This document shows, in pieces, positions 47,592 through 57,852 of a stretch of 64,000 nt of DNA. The stretch is taken from positions 5,312,001 through 5,376,000 of the forward strand of contig OZ244207.1 in the NCBI GenBank assembly GCA_965216875.1, given 5' to 3'. The notes under the pieces were generated by a model. That model worked only from the letters and a program-made list of their open reading frames with translations, made no database searches and had not been told where the DNA came from. The position numbers and the translations under genes are program-made. This DNA is from Rubripirellula sp. GTDB lineage: Bacteria; Planctomycetota; Planctomycetia; Pirellulales; Pirellulaceae. Position 1 is the stretch's first letter; every line of letters begins with the position of its first letter.

Positions 47592-48812
47592 ATGACGATC
47601 AGATTCTCGGACTTGTGCGCCACAGAATTCAAGCGTCATCCGCATCCCAATTTGCTGCAGTGGCTCAACGAGGGGCCACTCATCGAGTCCAAGATTCCCC
47701 TGCTTGGCAAATACAAGCTGGCGACAACTTACGCAGCGTGTGATGCCGTGTTGCGTGACCGCCGGCGATTTGTGATGGAGGCAGCGAACGCGGGTCGCAA
47801 AAAGCGACACGACTTTCAGAACTATTTGCCGCCTTCGCTCCGGATCCTGATCCAAAACATGATCCGCAAAGACGAACCGGATCATCGAAGACTGCGCAGC
47901 CTTGCTGATCAAGCTTTCCGAAACAAAAACGTCGCGTCGATGCGTTCGGGAATCGAACGTGTCACAAACCAATTGCTCGATGAATGCGATCCGCGCCAAA
48001 CGTTTGATTTGGTAGGTCAGTTCGCGAGAGAACTGCCGCTGCTGGTCATCTGCGAACTCTTGGGTTTGCCCTTGAAAGACCGCAAACGCTTCTCGACTTG
48101 GGTTTCCGCGTTGACACACGCTTCGTTTCCATGGGGCATGCTCAAAGTCCTTCCCGGAATCAAGAAGTTGATGCGTTATTTGCGTCAGCGAATTGAAATC
48201 GAGCGCGACCAACCGACTGGCGGTTTGATCAGCGAACTGGTTGCGGCCGAATCCGAGGGAGATCGCCTGAGCGAAAACGAACTCCTTAGCATGGTATTTT
48301 TGCTGTTGGTCGCCGGACACGAAACAACAACACACTTGATCTCGCTCTCATCGATCGCGCTGATGCAACGCGAAGACCTTCGGCAAACGTGGCTCGATGA
48401 GGAACAACTGCGTCCCAGTGCCGTGGACGAACTGTTGCGTTACCTCAGTCCTGTCCAAATGTCGAAACCTCGGTATGTTGCCGAAGACACCTCAATCGAA
48501 GGTGTTGTGCTCACACAAGGCGAAATGGTGATCGCATGCTTGGCCTCCGCAAATCTCGATCCCGCCAAATTCGAAAACCCGTTGACGATCGACTTTGCGC
48601 GCTCGCCGAACCCACAACTCGGTTTTGGCAGCGGGATTCACTTTTGCCTCGGTGCACAACTCGCGAGACTCGAAACCGAGGTGGCACTGACAGGACTGTT
48701 CGAGCGGTGGCCTGACCTTCAACTTGCTGAAGAAGAATCGAAGCTAAGGTGGTCCAAGAAGATTGGCATGCGAGTCGTTTCGCCGTTACCCGTTTGTCGA
48801 ACGGAGCTCTAG
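47592..48812 (+). CDS. Cytochrome P450
   Basis: DEPDHRRLR, AGHETT I-helix, ELLR (ExxR), FGSGIHFCLG heme motif. Confidence 0.95.
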   Translation: MTIRFSDLCATEFKRHPHPNLLQWLNEGPLIESKIPLLGKYKLATTYAACDAVLRDRRRFVMEAANAGRKKRHDFQNYLPPSLRILIQNMIRKDEPDHRRLRSLADQAFRNKNVASMRSGIERVTNQLLDECDPRQTFDLVGQFARELPLLVICELLGLPLKDRKRFSTWVSALTHASFPWGMLKVLPGIKKLMRYLRQRIEIERDQPTGGLISELVAAESEGDRLSENELLSMVFLLLVAGHETTTHLISLSSIALMQREDLRQTWLDEEQLRPSAVDELLRYLSPVQMSKPRYVAEDTSIEGVVLTQGEMVIACLASANLDPAKFENPLTIDFARSPNPQLGFGSGIHFCLGAQLARLETEVALTGLFERWPDLQLAEEESKLRWSKKIGMRVVSPLPVCRTEL

Positions 48813-48841
48813 CCGGAATGCTCCTACCGAAAGTCGGGGCA

Positions 48842-50170
48842 CTACTTGAATTCGGAGATTGCGATTTGCTTTAGCAATGCATCCGTTCCCGGATCGTGGC
48901 CTTGGATCATGATCGTCCCTGGTTCCAACCTCAAACCACGACGTGGGTTTTCGTTGGGTTTGCGATCGTCTGTCCAATCGCTGACCTGCACTCCGTTGAC
49001 CCATGCGGCAATTTGCGGTCCGTGGGCAACCAACACAACGGTCGCCCATTCATTTTCGTCACCAGCAACGAACCTCGCTTCTTGCCGCTTGAAAATCCCA
49101 CCCGTGCCGTGGTCTTTCGGTTGCATTCGATCGCCATCGATCGTTTCGTTGCTCAGCTGACATTCATAGCCCATCATCTCATCGCCTGGGATGCAGCGAA
49201 AGAAAATGCCAGAGTTCATGTCGAGCTTGGGAAGCTTGTACTGGCTCAGCAGAACGAAATCGCCATAGGATTGTTTCGTTTCGATTTGGGCGCGACCCCC
49301 TTTGACGTGCATCCAACCTTCGTCGGTCGCGGTGAACTCGCCAGGCATCTCGGGATACTTGGTCCACTTCGACAGCTCTTCATCCAAGAGCGACTGCAAC
49401 CCGAGGGGCCGCAAACGTATGTCCTTAAATTCGACGCGTCCGCTGTTGTGCTGCAAACCAATCCGCCCCGCTGGCAGGTCGACCGAATCGGTGTAGTCAC
49501 AAACCAATTCGCCATCGACTGACACTTGCAAGTGATTGCCTTCAAGTCGCATCGTCATTTCGCGCCATTGATCAAACGCTTGTGGCTCTGTCGATTCCGC
49601 TTTCTTGCGTTGAACAATACCGGCCGTCGGAAAAGGATTGTCGTCCGGCGCGATGTTGACTTCGTAGCAATCGAGTTTGGGACTCTCCGGTTTCATTGGC
49701 GTCCGCAAGAAGATGCCACTGTTGGTTTTGGGGCCTGCTTTGAACAGAAGCTTTAATTCGTAGTCTTGCCAAGGCATCGACGTACACAGCAGGCACCGTT
49801 GGCCGCCATCAACAACGATCGCCCCTTCTTCGACGCGAAAATTCGCTTCTCCGGCAATTTCCCATCCATACAACGTGTGCCCATCAAACAATCGGATCCA
49901 ACCCTGCGAAGCCTCGGATTCGTCAAGCCGCGCTGCGGTCAGCTCTTCTACTGAAAACTCGTAGGCCTTTGGCTCGATCGGTTCGACTTGCTTGGAATCC
50001 GACGATTTGGCCTCTTGGGTAAGAGCGTCTGTCGCAACCTCTTTAACCTCGCTGTTGCTCGCTTCCGAGTCCGACTCTTTGGAACAACCACCAAGGCAGA
50101 GCAGGGCACTGGCAACACAAACCGCGAGAAACAGACGGAGAGATCGACGCAGAGTCGTGTGCGTTGTCAT
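48842..50170 (-). CDS. Lipoprotein with two DUF1080 (3-keto-disaccharide hydrolase-like) domains
   Basis: LCLGGC lipobox; GWIRLFDG.TL.GW, NSGIF.R twice, G.I.LQH...V.FKDI. ATG 50170 overlaps the upstream stop. Confidence 0.88.
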   Translation of the reverse strand: MTTHTTLRRSLRLFLAVCVASALLCLGGCSKESDSEASNSEVKEVATDALTQEAKSSDSKQVEPIEPKAYEFSVEELTAARLDESEASQGWIRLFDGHTLYGWEIAGEANFRVEEGAIVVDGGQRCLLCTSMPWQDYELKLLFKAGPKTNSGIFLRTPMKPESPKLDCYEVNIAPDDNPFPTAGIVQRKKAESTEPQAFDQWREMTMRLEGNHLQVSVDGELVCDYTDSVDLPAGRIGLQHNSGRVEFKDIRLRPLGLQSLLDEELSKWTKYPEMPGEFTATDEGWMHVKGGRAQIETKQSYGDFVLLSQYKLPKLDMNSGIFFRCIPGDEMMGYECQLSNETIDGDRMQPKDHGTGGIFKRQEARFVAGDENEWATVVLVAHGPQIAAWVNGVQVSDWTDDRKPNENPRRGLRLEPGTIMIQGHDPGTDALLKQIAISEFK

Positions 50171-51468
50171 GATTGGTCGTATCCATAACGTTGGAAGTAC
50201 TCGGCCCACGCTTGCCGAATCCTGGCTTCGGTTTCGGGCTCCAAGTGATGTTGGTTGGTTTTGTAACCCTTGTGTTCGGTCTCTGCCCACTTCTGCAACG
50301 TCTCCTCGACCGCTCCGAAATCGCTCAAGTGCAACGTTTCGTAGATCGTCTTCATCGTTTGGACAGGGTCAGCCGTCAGATCCTCGTAGCGCACTTCGAT
50401 AATACGATGCGCCGGAATCTCGTCACGATGCGCGTGAAACGAGCGATACATGCGTTCAAAACAATCGATAACGTAATCTTCGATGTTGTCGCCGCTGGGC
50501 TTCTGTAAAGCTTGGACATCGTCGAGCGAATGCCACAGTCGACACGTCGATGGAAACAGTGAACGTGGATCGCGAGTGATGTGAATGAACTTGGCTTCAG
50601 GGAACTCTTTCGCCAACTGCGCGATGCGTCCGGTATGCGTTGGACTTTTGACAACAAGAGGACGTCCAGTGCGCACGCTGACCGAAATCAAAAAGGCCCG
50701 CAGCGTTTCAAGCCAAGAGGCGATCGCTTCGTCGTCGACACCATCGAAATCCAGATAGTTCGAATCGATCGGCGGCTCGTTAGGAAACGCGATTCGCCGA
50801 TAAGGCGACGGCATGCCAAGGGTAAGCAATGCGAATTCGTCTTCTTGCGGACGATCCCAACCCGCAGCCATGTTGTCCATCGGGCGCTTGCCCGGAAGCA
50901 ACCAGGAGAAGAACTTTCGAAAGAACCACTCCGAAATCAAAAAGTGGTTGGGCGCAAAGCACTGAAACGTCGACGGACTGCTTAGCCGCTCGTCACGAAC
51001 CATCAATTCGTGCAGGAGTGTGGTGCCGCTGCGCCAATGACCAACGATGAAGACCGGAGGCCCTGGAAAGTCCGCCTCGGCAAGTTTGCGGCGAAAGAAC
51101 AGCTTTTGAATCGCCCCCAGGATCGTGTTGACTGGCGTGGCTATCGTCACGCCAATCAAAATCCCAATTCGGGTGGGGTGGATTCGAAACCTTCCCTGCT
51201 GCAGCAGCCGGAACCAGACCATCGCTCGCATCCCGTGCCAAAACCGGGGCGAGTAGAAGGGATAGCGGTGGAAATCCTTTTTCGGCTTGGGGCCCGCAGA
51301 CTCGCCGGTCGTCACTTTTTCCGCAGATTCCTGCGGGGCGGGCGTCGCCCCCTGAGTCGGCTGTCGGGAAGAATCCGAGCCCTTTCCTGCGGCAGCATTG
51401 CCAGGCATCGTCGCATCATCGGCCCGAGCAGAGGCGTCTCCGGTGGGCTGGGCAGGAGAATCGGACAA
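50167..51468 (-). CDS. Sulfotransferase family protein
   Basis: PVFIVGHWRSGTTLLHELM (5'-PAPS-binding loop), KSPTHT.R, HITRDPRS. Start uncertain (TTG 51468 or ATG 51408). Confidence 0.9.
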   Translation of the reverse strand: MSDSPAQPTGDASARADDATMPGNAAAGKGSDSSRQPTQGATPAPQESAEKVTTGESAGPKPKKDFHRYPFYSPRFWHGMRAMVWFRLLQQGRFRIHPTRIGILIGVTIATPVNTILGAIQKLFFRRKLAEADFPGPPVFIVGHWRSGTTLLHELMVRDERLSSPSTFQCFAPNHFLISEWFFRKFFSWLLPGKRPMDNMAAGWDRPQEDEFALLTLGMPSPYRRIAFPNEPPIDSNYLDFDGVDDEAIASWLETLRAFLISVSVRTGRPLVVKSPTHTGRIAQLAKEFPEAKFIHITRDPRSLFPSTCRLWHSLDDVQALQKPSGDNIEDYVIDCFERMYRSFHAHRDEIPAHRIIEVRYEDLTADPVQTMKTIYETLHLSDFGAVEETLQKWAETEHKGYKTNQHHLEPETEARIRQAWAEYFQRYGYDQS

Positions 51469-51821
51469 CGAATCGCGTCGGAATTGAAAGAAGATCGGAA
51501 CAAAAACGGTCCAAACACTGTAGTTCACATACGCAGCACCCAACAGCCGTGCGCGCAGTGGACCAGCTCAAGAGCGTCAATGATCGTCTCAAAAGCGAAG
51601 AAGGGTTGCTCCACGAGCGGTTGTTGTGAGTGACTTTCGCCCCCTGTCTTACCCCACCTGTCTACCTAGCCTGTGCAAATTGGGCCCACTGGCAGAATAG
51701 GCGATGGACCTCGTCGCGTTGCCAGCCGCTTTGGATACAATTCGTCCCACTCAGATTTCGCCAATTATCGATCGTCCATCGCGCCATTGATCCCGTCGCG
51801 CCATTGCCCCCGCCATTGACC

Positions 51822-52157
51822 ATGTCCGCACCCAACGACCGTTCCCAAATCGAAGAACTATCGTTTTCCGATTTGCAGCGTCACATCCGTCAGATGTACT
51901 ACGAAAAGGATGTCGCTCGTGGCGTGGACGGAACCTTCATGTGGTTGATGGAAGAAGTGGGTGAGTTGGCGGCTGCGTTGCGGGGGGATGACCGCGAAAA
52001 CCTTGCCGAGGAATTCGCCGACGTGATCGCGTGGCTGACCACCATCGCCAATGTGGCAGACATTGACTTGAATGCGGCACTGGTTGCCAAGTACGGACAT
52101 GGATGCCCTGGCTGCAGCCGGCTTGTCTGTGAATGCCCCAATGCCGAAAAACCGTGA
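51822..52157 (+). CDS. MazG-like nucleotide pyrophosphohydrolase
   Basis: WLMEEVGELA...EEFADVIAWL, with C-terminal CPGC...CEC. Confidence 0.88.
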   Translation: MSAPNDRSQIEELSFSDLQRHIRQMYYEKDVARGVDGTFMWLMEEVGELAAALRGDDRENLAEEFADVIAWLTTIANVADIDLNAALVAKYGHGCPGCSRLVCECPNAEKP

Positions 52158-52177
52158 TCGAGGCTCGAGAATTCGGA

Positions 52178-54367
52178 ATGACGTTGTTTGACTCTGTATC
52201 GACCAGTCGCCTTGCCACCATCGTCGTTGCCTTGGCGATGTGTCTGACGGCAAACGTGACGGCCGAGATCGCAAACGCCGACGACACGGTCACCGTTGGC
52301 CTGAAAGGCCACTATCGTGTTGGCCGTTGGACCGCCGTTCGCGTTTCGACTTCTGCTGCAAACGGAACCAATGCCTCGACGATCGAAACTCGCGATGGCG
52401 ATGGCCACCGAGTTGCGTTCAACCAACCGAGCGATCTTGGCGACCAGAATTGGGGCTACGTGATCGCCGGTAGCGAAGCGGCTCCCTTGATCATTCGCGG
52501 TGAAGAGGACGTGATGGTTTCAACGCGTTTGCCCGAACTGGGGCCGCCTTCAAAGGGCCCTGCGATGATTCCATTGCACATGCCCTGGATCGTTGCCGTC
52601 GGCGATGCGCTCGGCATCGATCAAATCGGAGCGAACGAATTGCTGAACCGTGACGCGTTGTTAGCGGTCACGAAGTTGACCGACGCGAGCGACTTTCCCA
52701 CGTCACACTTGGGCTACGACGGCGTCGACATGCTGATGATCGGCGGCTCGAGCATCCCCGTCCTCGAATCGCTCAACGAAAACCAGTCGCAAGCAATTTC
52801 GAACTGGGTGCACTACGGTGGCCGCATTCTGCTAACGCTCGGTGAATCAGCCCCAAAGGTGCTCGAGTCCGCGCCGTGGATCAAGCAACACTTGCCGTTC
52901 GATCCCTCGGATACCGTCACGTACGATCCTTCGGCGTTCGAGACTTACACCTCAAGTCAGTCGCCGCTTGATCCCTACGAAGGCCTCAAGATCCCGCGCA
53001 AAGTCGGCCGGGTCCTGATCACGGGCAAGACTACGCGCCGAGTCAACACGCCGGTAGCAGCTGAATACGTCAGCGGACTCGGACGTGTCACGGTGGTCTG
53101 CGGCGACCTGGAACGTCCCATGTTCGCCGAGTGGCCAGAACGGACCGCGCTGCTGACGCGGTTGACCGGCAAAATCCTGATCCCTCGCAAGAACGAGCAA
53201 AACGAAATCTCTCGGGCAACGGCGTACAACGACCTGGCTGGGCAATTGCGTTCAACGATGGATCAGTTCCCGTCCAAACGCTCGTTTAGTTTTTCGGTAG
53301 CGTCGTTGATCTTGATGGGCTTGATCGCGTTGATCGGCCCGCTCGATTTCTTGCTCGTCAACCGGCTTGTTGGGCGACCACTGCTGGGATGGTTCTCGTT
53401 TCCCATCGCGGCAATCGGACTTTCCGCGCTGCTGGTTTCCCAAGCCCGTCCGGCAAACGGTGGCGGCGCAGCGGCCGAAGCCCTCGCACCGGTTCATTGC
53501 AACCGGATCGAGTTTGTCGACATTGATCTGAGCGCTAATACGGCACGCGGCAACACGATGACTTACGTGTACACGCATCCTGCGAACGAGCTTGGCATTC
53601 AAACCGATGCCTCCGACACCCTCGACAGCCTCTCATCAGAGGTGAGCGACTTGTTGACGGCACCCTTCGGCTATCCAGGGGACGCGTTTGGCGGAATTCA
53701 AATCGCAATCGAAGACAGCCGATTGCCTGTGTTTGACGTCGACCTGACGAAGTCCAACGAAGGTCTTCGAGCGTTCGTCAACGAGATTCCGATGGCGCCG
53801 CGCAGCAGCAAGTCGTTTGCGACGACGTTCCGATTCACTCCCGACCTACCGCCACAAACGATTGGTCAACGTCCCGGTAGTCAAATGCTACGCGGTTCGA
53901 TCACCAACCCACTTCCGGTTGACTTACTTGATGGGATGCTCGTTTATCAAAACGGCGTGTACCCGCTTCCGACGGTCTTTCGATCGGGCGACCAAATCGG
54001 TGCGATCGAAGACGAACTGCTGCAAAAGAACTTTCGTTTCCAACTCTCGAAACAAAAGGCTTTGGAAGAAACCGCGACCCAACGCGAAGACTGGAATCCA
54101 GCGCGTCGGGATTCGCTCGATCGCGTCGCCGAGATGCTGATGTTCCACGAAGCGGTCGGCGGCACCCGGTACACATCCCTACATCACGATGCATTGTCAT
54201 TCCTTGACCTGACACCGATTCTGTCGGAACAGCGGTGCATCTTGGTGGGTCGGATCGCCGAGCCCCTCACGGACCTCAATCTTGAAACCTCCGACGGGTC
54301 GACCGTAACCGACGACACCTTAACCTACGTTCGCGTCGTGCTGCCGGTGGAACCTCGCCGCCGCTGA
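52178..54367 (+). CDS. Exported/membrane protein associated with an ABC ATPase (glutamine-amidotransferase-like middle region)
   Basis: Signal peptide; GYDGVDMLMI, NWVHYGGRILL, GLGRVTVV; TM pair LIGPLDF...GWFSFP. Alternative GTG start at 52154. Confidence 0.75.
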   Translation: MTLFDSVSTSRLATIVVALAMCLTANVTAEIANADDTVTVGLKGHYRVGRWTAVRVSTSAANGTNASTIETRDGDGHRVAFNQPSDLGDQNWGYVIAGSEAAPLIIRGEEDVMVSTRLPELGPPSKGPAMIPLHMPWIVAVGDALGIDQIGANELLNRDALLAVTKLTDASDFPTSHLGYDGVDMLMIGGSSIPVLESLNENQSQAISNWVHYGGRILLTLGESAPKVLESAPWIKQHLPFDPSDTVTYDPSAFETYTSSQSPLDPYEGLKIPRKVGRVLITGKTTRRVNTPVAAEYVSGLGRVTVVCGDLERPMFAEWPERTALLTRLTGKILIPRKNEQNEISRATAYNDLAGQLRSTMDQFPSKRSFSFSVASLILMGLIALIGPLDFLLVNRLVGRPLLGWFSFPIAAIGLSALLVSQARPANGGGAAAEALAPVHCNRIEFVDIDLSANTARGNTMTYVYTHPANELGIQTDASDTLDSLSSEVSDLLTAPFGYPGDAFGGIQIAIEDSRLPVFDVDLTKSNEGLRAFVNEIPMAPRSSKSFATTFRFTPDLPPQTIGQRPGSQMLRGSITNPLPVDLLDGMLVYQNGVYPLPTVFRSGDQIGAIEDELLQKNFRFQLSKQKALEETATQREDWNPARRDSLDRVAEMLMFHEAVGGTRYTSLHHDALSFLDLTPILSEQRCILVGRIAEPLTDLNLETSDGSTVTDDTLTYVRVVLPVEPRRR

Positions 54368-54429
54368 TCAACGACGACTCACAAGAACACAGACACCTTA
54401 CAGTCAGAAACCTGCCGGACACCAAATTA

Positions 54430-55368
54430 GTGATTAAGACGGTCGACCTAACGAAAAAGTACGGTGACGCTTTCGCCATCAAGAGCATCGACTTGGACTT
54501 GCAAGCCGGTGACCTGTTCGGATTCATCGGTCCCAACGGTGCAGGCAAAACCACAACGATGCGAATCATTGCAACGTTGCTCGAACCCAGTTGGGGTGAA
54601 GCCTACGTGTGTGACCATAGCGTTCACACCGCCCCCAAAGAAATTCGGCGATTGGTCGGCTACATGCCCGACTTCTTCGGCGTCTATGACGACATGACCG
54701 TCGTCGAATACCTCGAATTCTTTGCCGCCTCTTATCGCATTGGTGGCGAAGCGAGACGCAAACGTGTCGACGAAATGCTTGACGTAGTCGACCTGGACTT
54801 CAAACGTGATGCCTTCGCCAACACGCTCTCGCGCGGCCAAACTCAGCGGCTTGGGTTGGCACGCACCCTCCTTCATGACCCGCAAGTCTTGTTGCTCGAC
54901 GAACCTCTTTCGGGACTCGACCCGCGTGCGCGTATCGAGATGCGAAACCTGCTTCGCAAGCTCGGCGAAATGGGCAAGACCATCATTGTGAGCAGCCACA
55001 TTCTTCCCGAACTTGCCGATGTCTGTAACAAGGTTGGCATCATCGACAAAGGCGAGCTGAAACAGAACGCGACCAAAGCCGAAGTCATTCGCATGGTGCG
55101 AGAGCACACCGTGCTGGTCATCCAACCTGGCGACCGCGGGAAACTGGCCGACATCCAGCGTTTGCTCGATGGGCACGACAAGGTCCAAGGTTGCGAAATG
55201 GGCGACGATGCGATGCGGGTTGTCCTAAAAAGCGAAGTCGAAGATTACAGCGACCTGCCGAAACTGTTGATCGAAAACGGTGTCAACCTGAAGCGATTCA
55301 CCGAGGAAGAACTCGACCTCGAAAGCGCCTTCATGGCGCTGACCAAGGGCACGAGCAACCGCATGTAG
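54430..55368 (+). CDS. ABC transporter ATP-binding protein
   Basis: GPNGAGKTT, LSRGQ, LLLDEP, SSH. Confidence 0.95.
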   Translation: MIKTVDLTKKYGDAFAIKSIDLDLQAGDLFGFIGPNGAGKTTTMRIIATLLEPSWGEAYVCDHSVHTAPKEIRRLVGYMPDFFGVYDDMTVVEYLEFFAASYRIGGEARRKRVDEMLDVVDLDFKRDAFANTLSRGQTQRLGLARTLLHDPQVLLLDEPLSGLDPRARIEMRNLLRKLGEMGKTIIVSSHILPELADVCNKVGIIDKGELKQNATKAEVIRMVREHTVLVIQPGDRGKLADIQRLLDGHDKVQGCEMGDDAMRVVLKSEVEDYSDLPKLLIENGVNLKRFTEEELDLESAFMALTKGTSNRM

Positions 55369-55416
55369 CCCCATTCTCGCCTTTCGCCGAATTCTGGGGG
55401 CAGCTCCCACTTCATC

Positions 55417-55441
55417 GGGAGGGCGAGGCTCCCGCCGAGCC
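55417..55441 (+). repeat. Single arm of family B REP-like element
   Basis: gggagggcgaggctcccgccgagcc matches the arms at 46451-46519. Confidence 0.8.
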
Positions 55442-55625
55442 GCCGCGCAAATCTCCGCGGGAGCGTCGCGCTGCCAATGCGACGGCCATCAAAAGTGTTT
55501 CAATCGTCACCTCCTGACGTTTACCGTCTATTTCTGGCGAGCCCACGTTGGCCAACTATACTGGCGCGGCCGGGGGGCACTTCGAGTGCCTCTGCTTTCC
55601 TTGGTTTTCCCACCGGTCCCACCTG

Positions 55626-56669
55626 ATGCCACGTCATTGGTACGTCAAAACGCAAGACGGCATGTCCGCGCCGGTCAACTGTCGGCAGCTGTTGCTGCTT
55701 GCCGCTGACGCCAAGATCTTTCCCAACACCCACATCAGTTGCGACGGAGAGACGTGGATCAAAGCTCGGGAACTCAAAGAGCTCACCTTCCCGGACCTGG
55801 AATCGGGTGCCTGGTATCTCAAGACCAATCAAGGCAAGGCGGGTCCTTACACCTTGCAAACCTTGCAGGCACTTGTCGACTCAGGCACCATTCAACACAA
55901 CTCGGCCATTCGCAGTAACGGTCGCAAGTGGATCAAGGCAAAGCGGGTCCCCGCATTGAGCTTTCCCGACGTTGATCCTTCATCGCACGACGATGGGCAA
56001 GATCGCGGATCCATCGACGCGACCTGGGCACACCGTCGCGAAAAAGAACTCGCGAGTCGAGTGGGTCCGCTCAGTGCAAAAGATCGTGGCAACCTTCCTG
56101 CAAAGCCACGGATCGACGTTTGCGTTCATGCCCCCAGTCCCGGACGGCCATTCACGACATTGGTCACCAGTGGGATGAGCGACTGGGCGATGGATGTCCC
56201 GGTGGGCCGCCGCTCACCAAGAGCCGAGCTCGTCATGTACGTGGACCAAATGCAACGTGCCTACATCAACCTCATTCGGTCGTTGGCACAAAGCGTGCAT
56301 CAGAACAACACATGGTTTGGTTATGGCTCGACACTGACCAACGGTTCGCCGTCCCAGCCGATCTTTGCCGGTTCGAAACTTGATGCCTACACCTTCCTTG
56401 TCCCCAACGTGGAATCCGACTTCCGAATCCACGAATCGGTTCAAATCGATTCCTCGCCACTGCAATTGCTTTGGGTCGTTCCCATCACCATGGCCGAACG
56501 CGAAGTCATTCTCTCACAAGGCATGTCGGCGTTCTGTCATCTCTGCGACAACGCTGGAATGTCATTGACCCTCGATCCGTTCCGCGCCTGCGTCGTCGAG
56601 ACGGCAGAAACCAAGGCTGCCCAAACCACGACGAGCGATGCACAAACGATGCAAGCAGCTGTGCATTAG
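55626..56669 (+). CDS. Two GYF_2 (DUF4339)-like domains fused to a SUFU-like domain
   Basis: WYV...P and WYL..QG.AGPY..QL..LV..G.I...W..A; IDVCV...TLVTSGMSD, RAELVM, LLWVVPIT.AE. Confidence 0.8.
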   Translation: MPRHWYVKTQDGMSAPVNCRQLLLLAADAKIFPNTHISCDGETWIKARELKELTFPDLESGAWYLKTNQGKAGPYTLQTLQALVDSGTIQHNSAIRSNGRKWIKAKRVPALSFPDVDPSSHDDGQDRGSIDATWAHRREKELASRVGPLSAKDRGNLPAKPRIDVCVHAPSPGRPFTTLVTSGMSDWAMDVPVGRRSPRAELVMYVDQMQRAYINLIRSLAQSVHQNNTWFGYGSTLTNGSPSQPIFAGSKLDAYTFLVPNVESDFRIHESVQIDSSPLQLLWVVPITMAEREVILSQGMSAFCHLCDNAGMSLTLDPFRACVVETAETKAAQTTTSDAQTMQAAVH

Positions 56670-56768
56670 CGATCGGTTGTGATCCACGTAATCCTCAGTT
56701 CGGATTTCCTCGTGCGGTGTTAGCGACAACCACGAATAACACGAATCGAACGAATGAGCCCCGCGAGA

Positions 56769-57806
56769 TCACCTGGCGTTTGATTTGGCGAGCCTCAAGA
56801 CGAACATTTCCAGTAGGAAACGATCGCGTCCTTCGGCACTATGGGTTCCCTTGAGTCGCAGGTCGGCGTCGAGCAACCACGGCAGCAATTGGCGACCTCG
56901 TTGTCGCCCAAGCCCCATCAGCTGTGACTTGGATCGGGCAAGGTCGCGGTTGAGACCAACACTGGCGAGCGCTTCATCGAGTTGTGCGCGACGACCCGAC
57001 CGTTCGCGATGCTCGACGACAGCCGTTGCCATTCCAAGCTTTCTCAGAGACCAAGCGATTTGAGGCAGCAGTGCGATCGGACGCTGGCCACCGGTCATCA
57101 ACTTGTCGAGTTGGCGAAGCGCCTCGGCCGCATCACCCGCTGCGATTGCATCGGTGATCTGCCAAACCGTCTTGCCCTGCCATCCAGCCACCACGTCGCG
57201 GACGAGATCTTCTTTGATCTTCTCACCCGGCTCGACGTAGAGAGCAAGCTTTGCGATCTCGGTATCAAGCATCCCGATGTCTTCGCCCAGCATTTCGATC
57301 AACGCGTCGGCAGCACCTGATGCCAACGCGGTTTTGTGTTGTTTCGCCAGGTAGCCCGTAAGAAACTTGCGGCGGCTGGCCGCGGTCACGCCCACTTTCG
57401 AATCAACCGCTGCACCGCAAGCAACCAATAGGTGATCTTTGTTGAGGCTCTTGTAGACGCGCGTGTTTGCCGCAAGCGAATTGAGTTCAAGCACCAACCG
57501 TGCTGCAGTTCCAGGCTTGGCAATGTACTTTTCAAGCTCGCTGCGATGATCGGACAAGAATTTGTCGGCACCGCGAATCACGATCGTTCGCATCGACCCC
57601 ATGTCAAACAACGATGCGGTCGCAAGCTCATCACGCATGTCGGACCAGCGAGCGGTGTCGCCATCAAACTCCGTCGCATCACCTTCGCCGATCAACGCTT
57701 GGATCGCCCACGAACGCAGCGTCGCATCGCTGCCGAAAACGGCAACAACGGCGGGATGGTCGCCTGGCGACTCCTGCAGGAATTCGAATGCGTGAACGAG
57801 ACTCAT
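56769..57806 (-). CDS. holA: DNA polymerase III delta subunit
   Basis: VFGSD, L.TASLF, L..EIAKLALY, VWQITDAIAAGD, LLDADLRLKG. Confidence 0.88.
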   Translation of the reverse strand: MSLVHAFEFLQESPGDHPAVVAVFGSDATLRSWAIQALIGEGDATEFDGDTARWSDMRDELATASLFDMGSMRTIVIRGADKFLSDHRSELEKYIAKPGTAARLVLELNSLAANTRVYKSLNKDHLLVACGAAVDSKVGVTAASRRKFLTGYLAKQHKTALASGAADALIEMLGEDIGMLDTEIAKLALYVEPGEKIKEDLVRDVVAGWQGKTVWQITDAIAAGDAAEALRQLDKLMTGGQRPIALLPQIAWSLRKLGMATAVVEHRERSGRRAQLDEALASVGLNRDLARSKSQLMGLGRQRGRQLLPWLLDADLRLKGTHSAEGRDRFLLEMFVLRLAKSNAR

Positions 57807-57852
57807 GCCGAAATCGTATCAGAGACGATTGGCCGGCTCTAGCGTCCCGATT

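Noticed and set aside
48810..48845. Possible degenerate family A repeat between the P450 and DUF1080 genes
   Set aside because: Only agccggaatgc and a terminal actac match, which is too little to call.
29762..51468. hpnCDE + P450 + sulfotransferase as one terpene biosynthetic cluster
   Set aside because: They are separated by more than 13 kb of unrelated signalling and RNA-repair genes, with no operon link.
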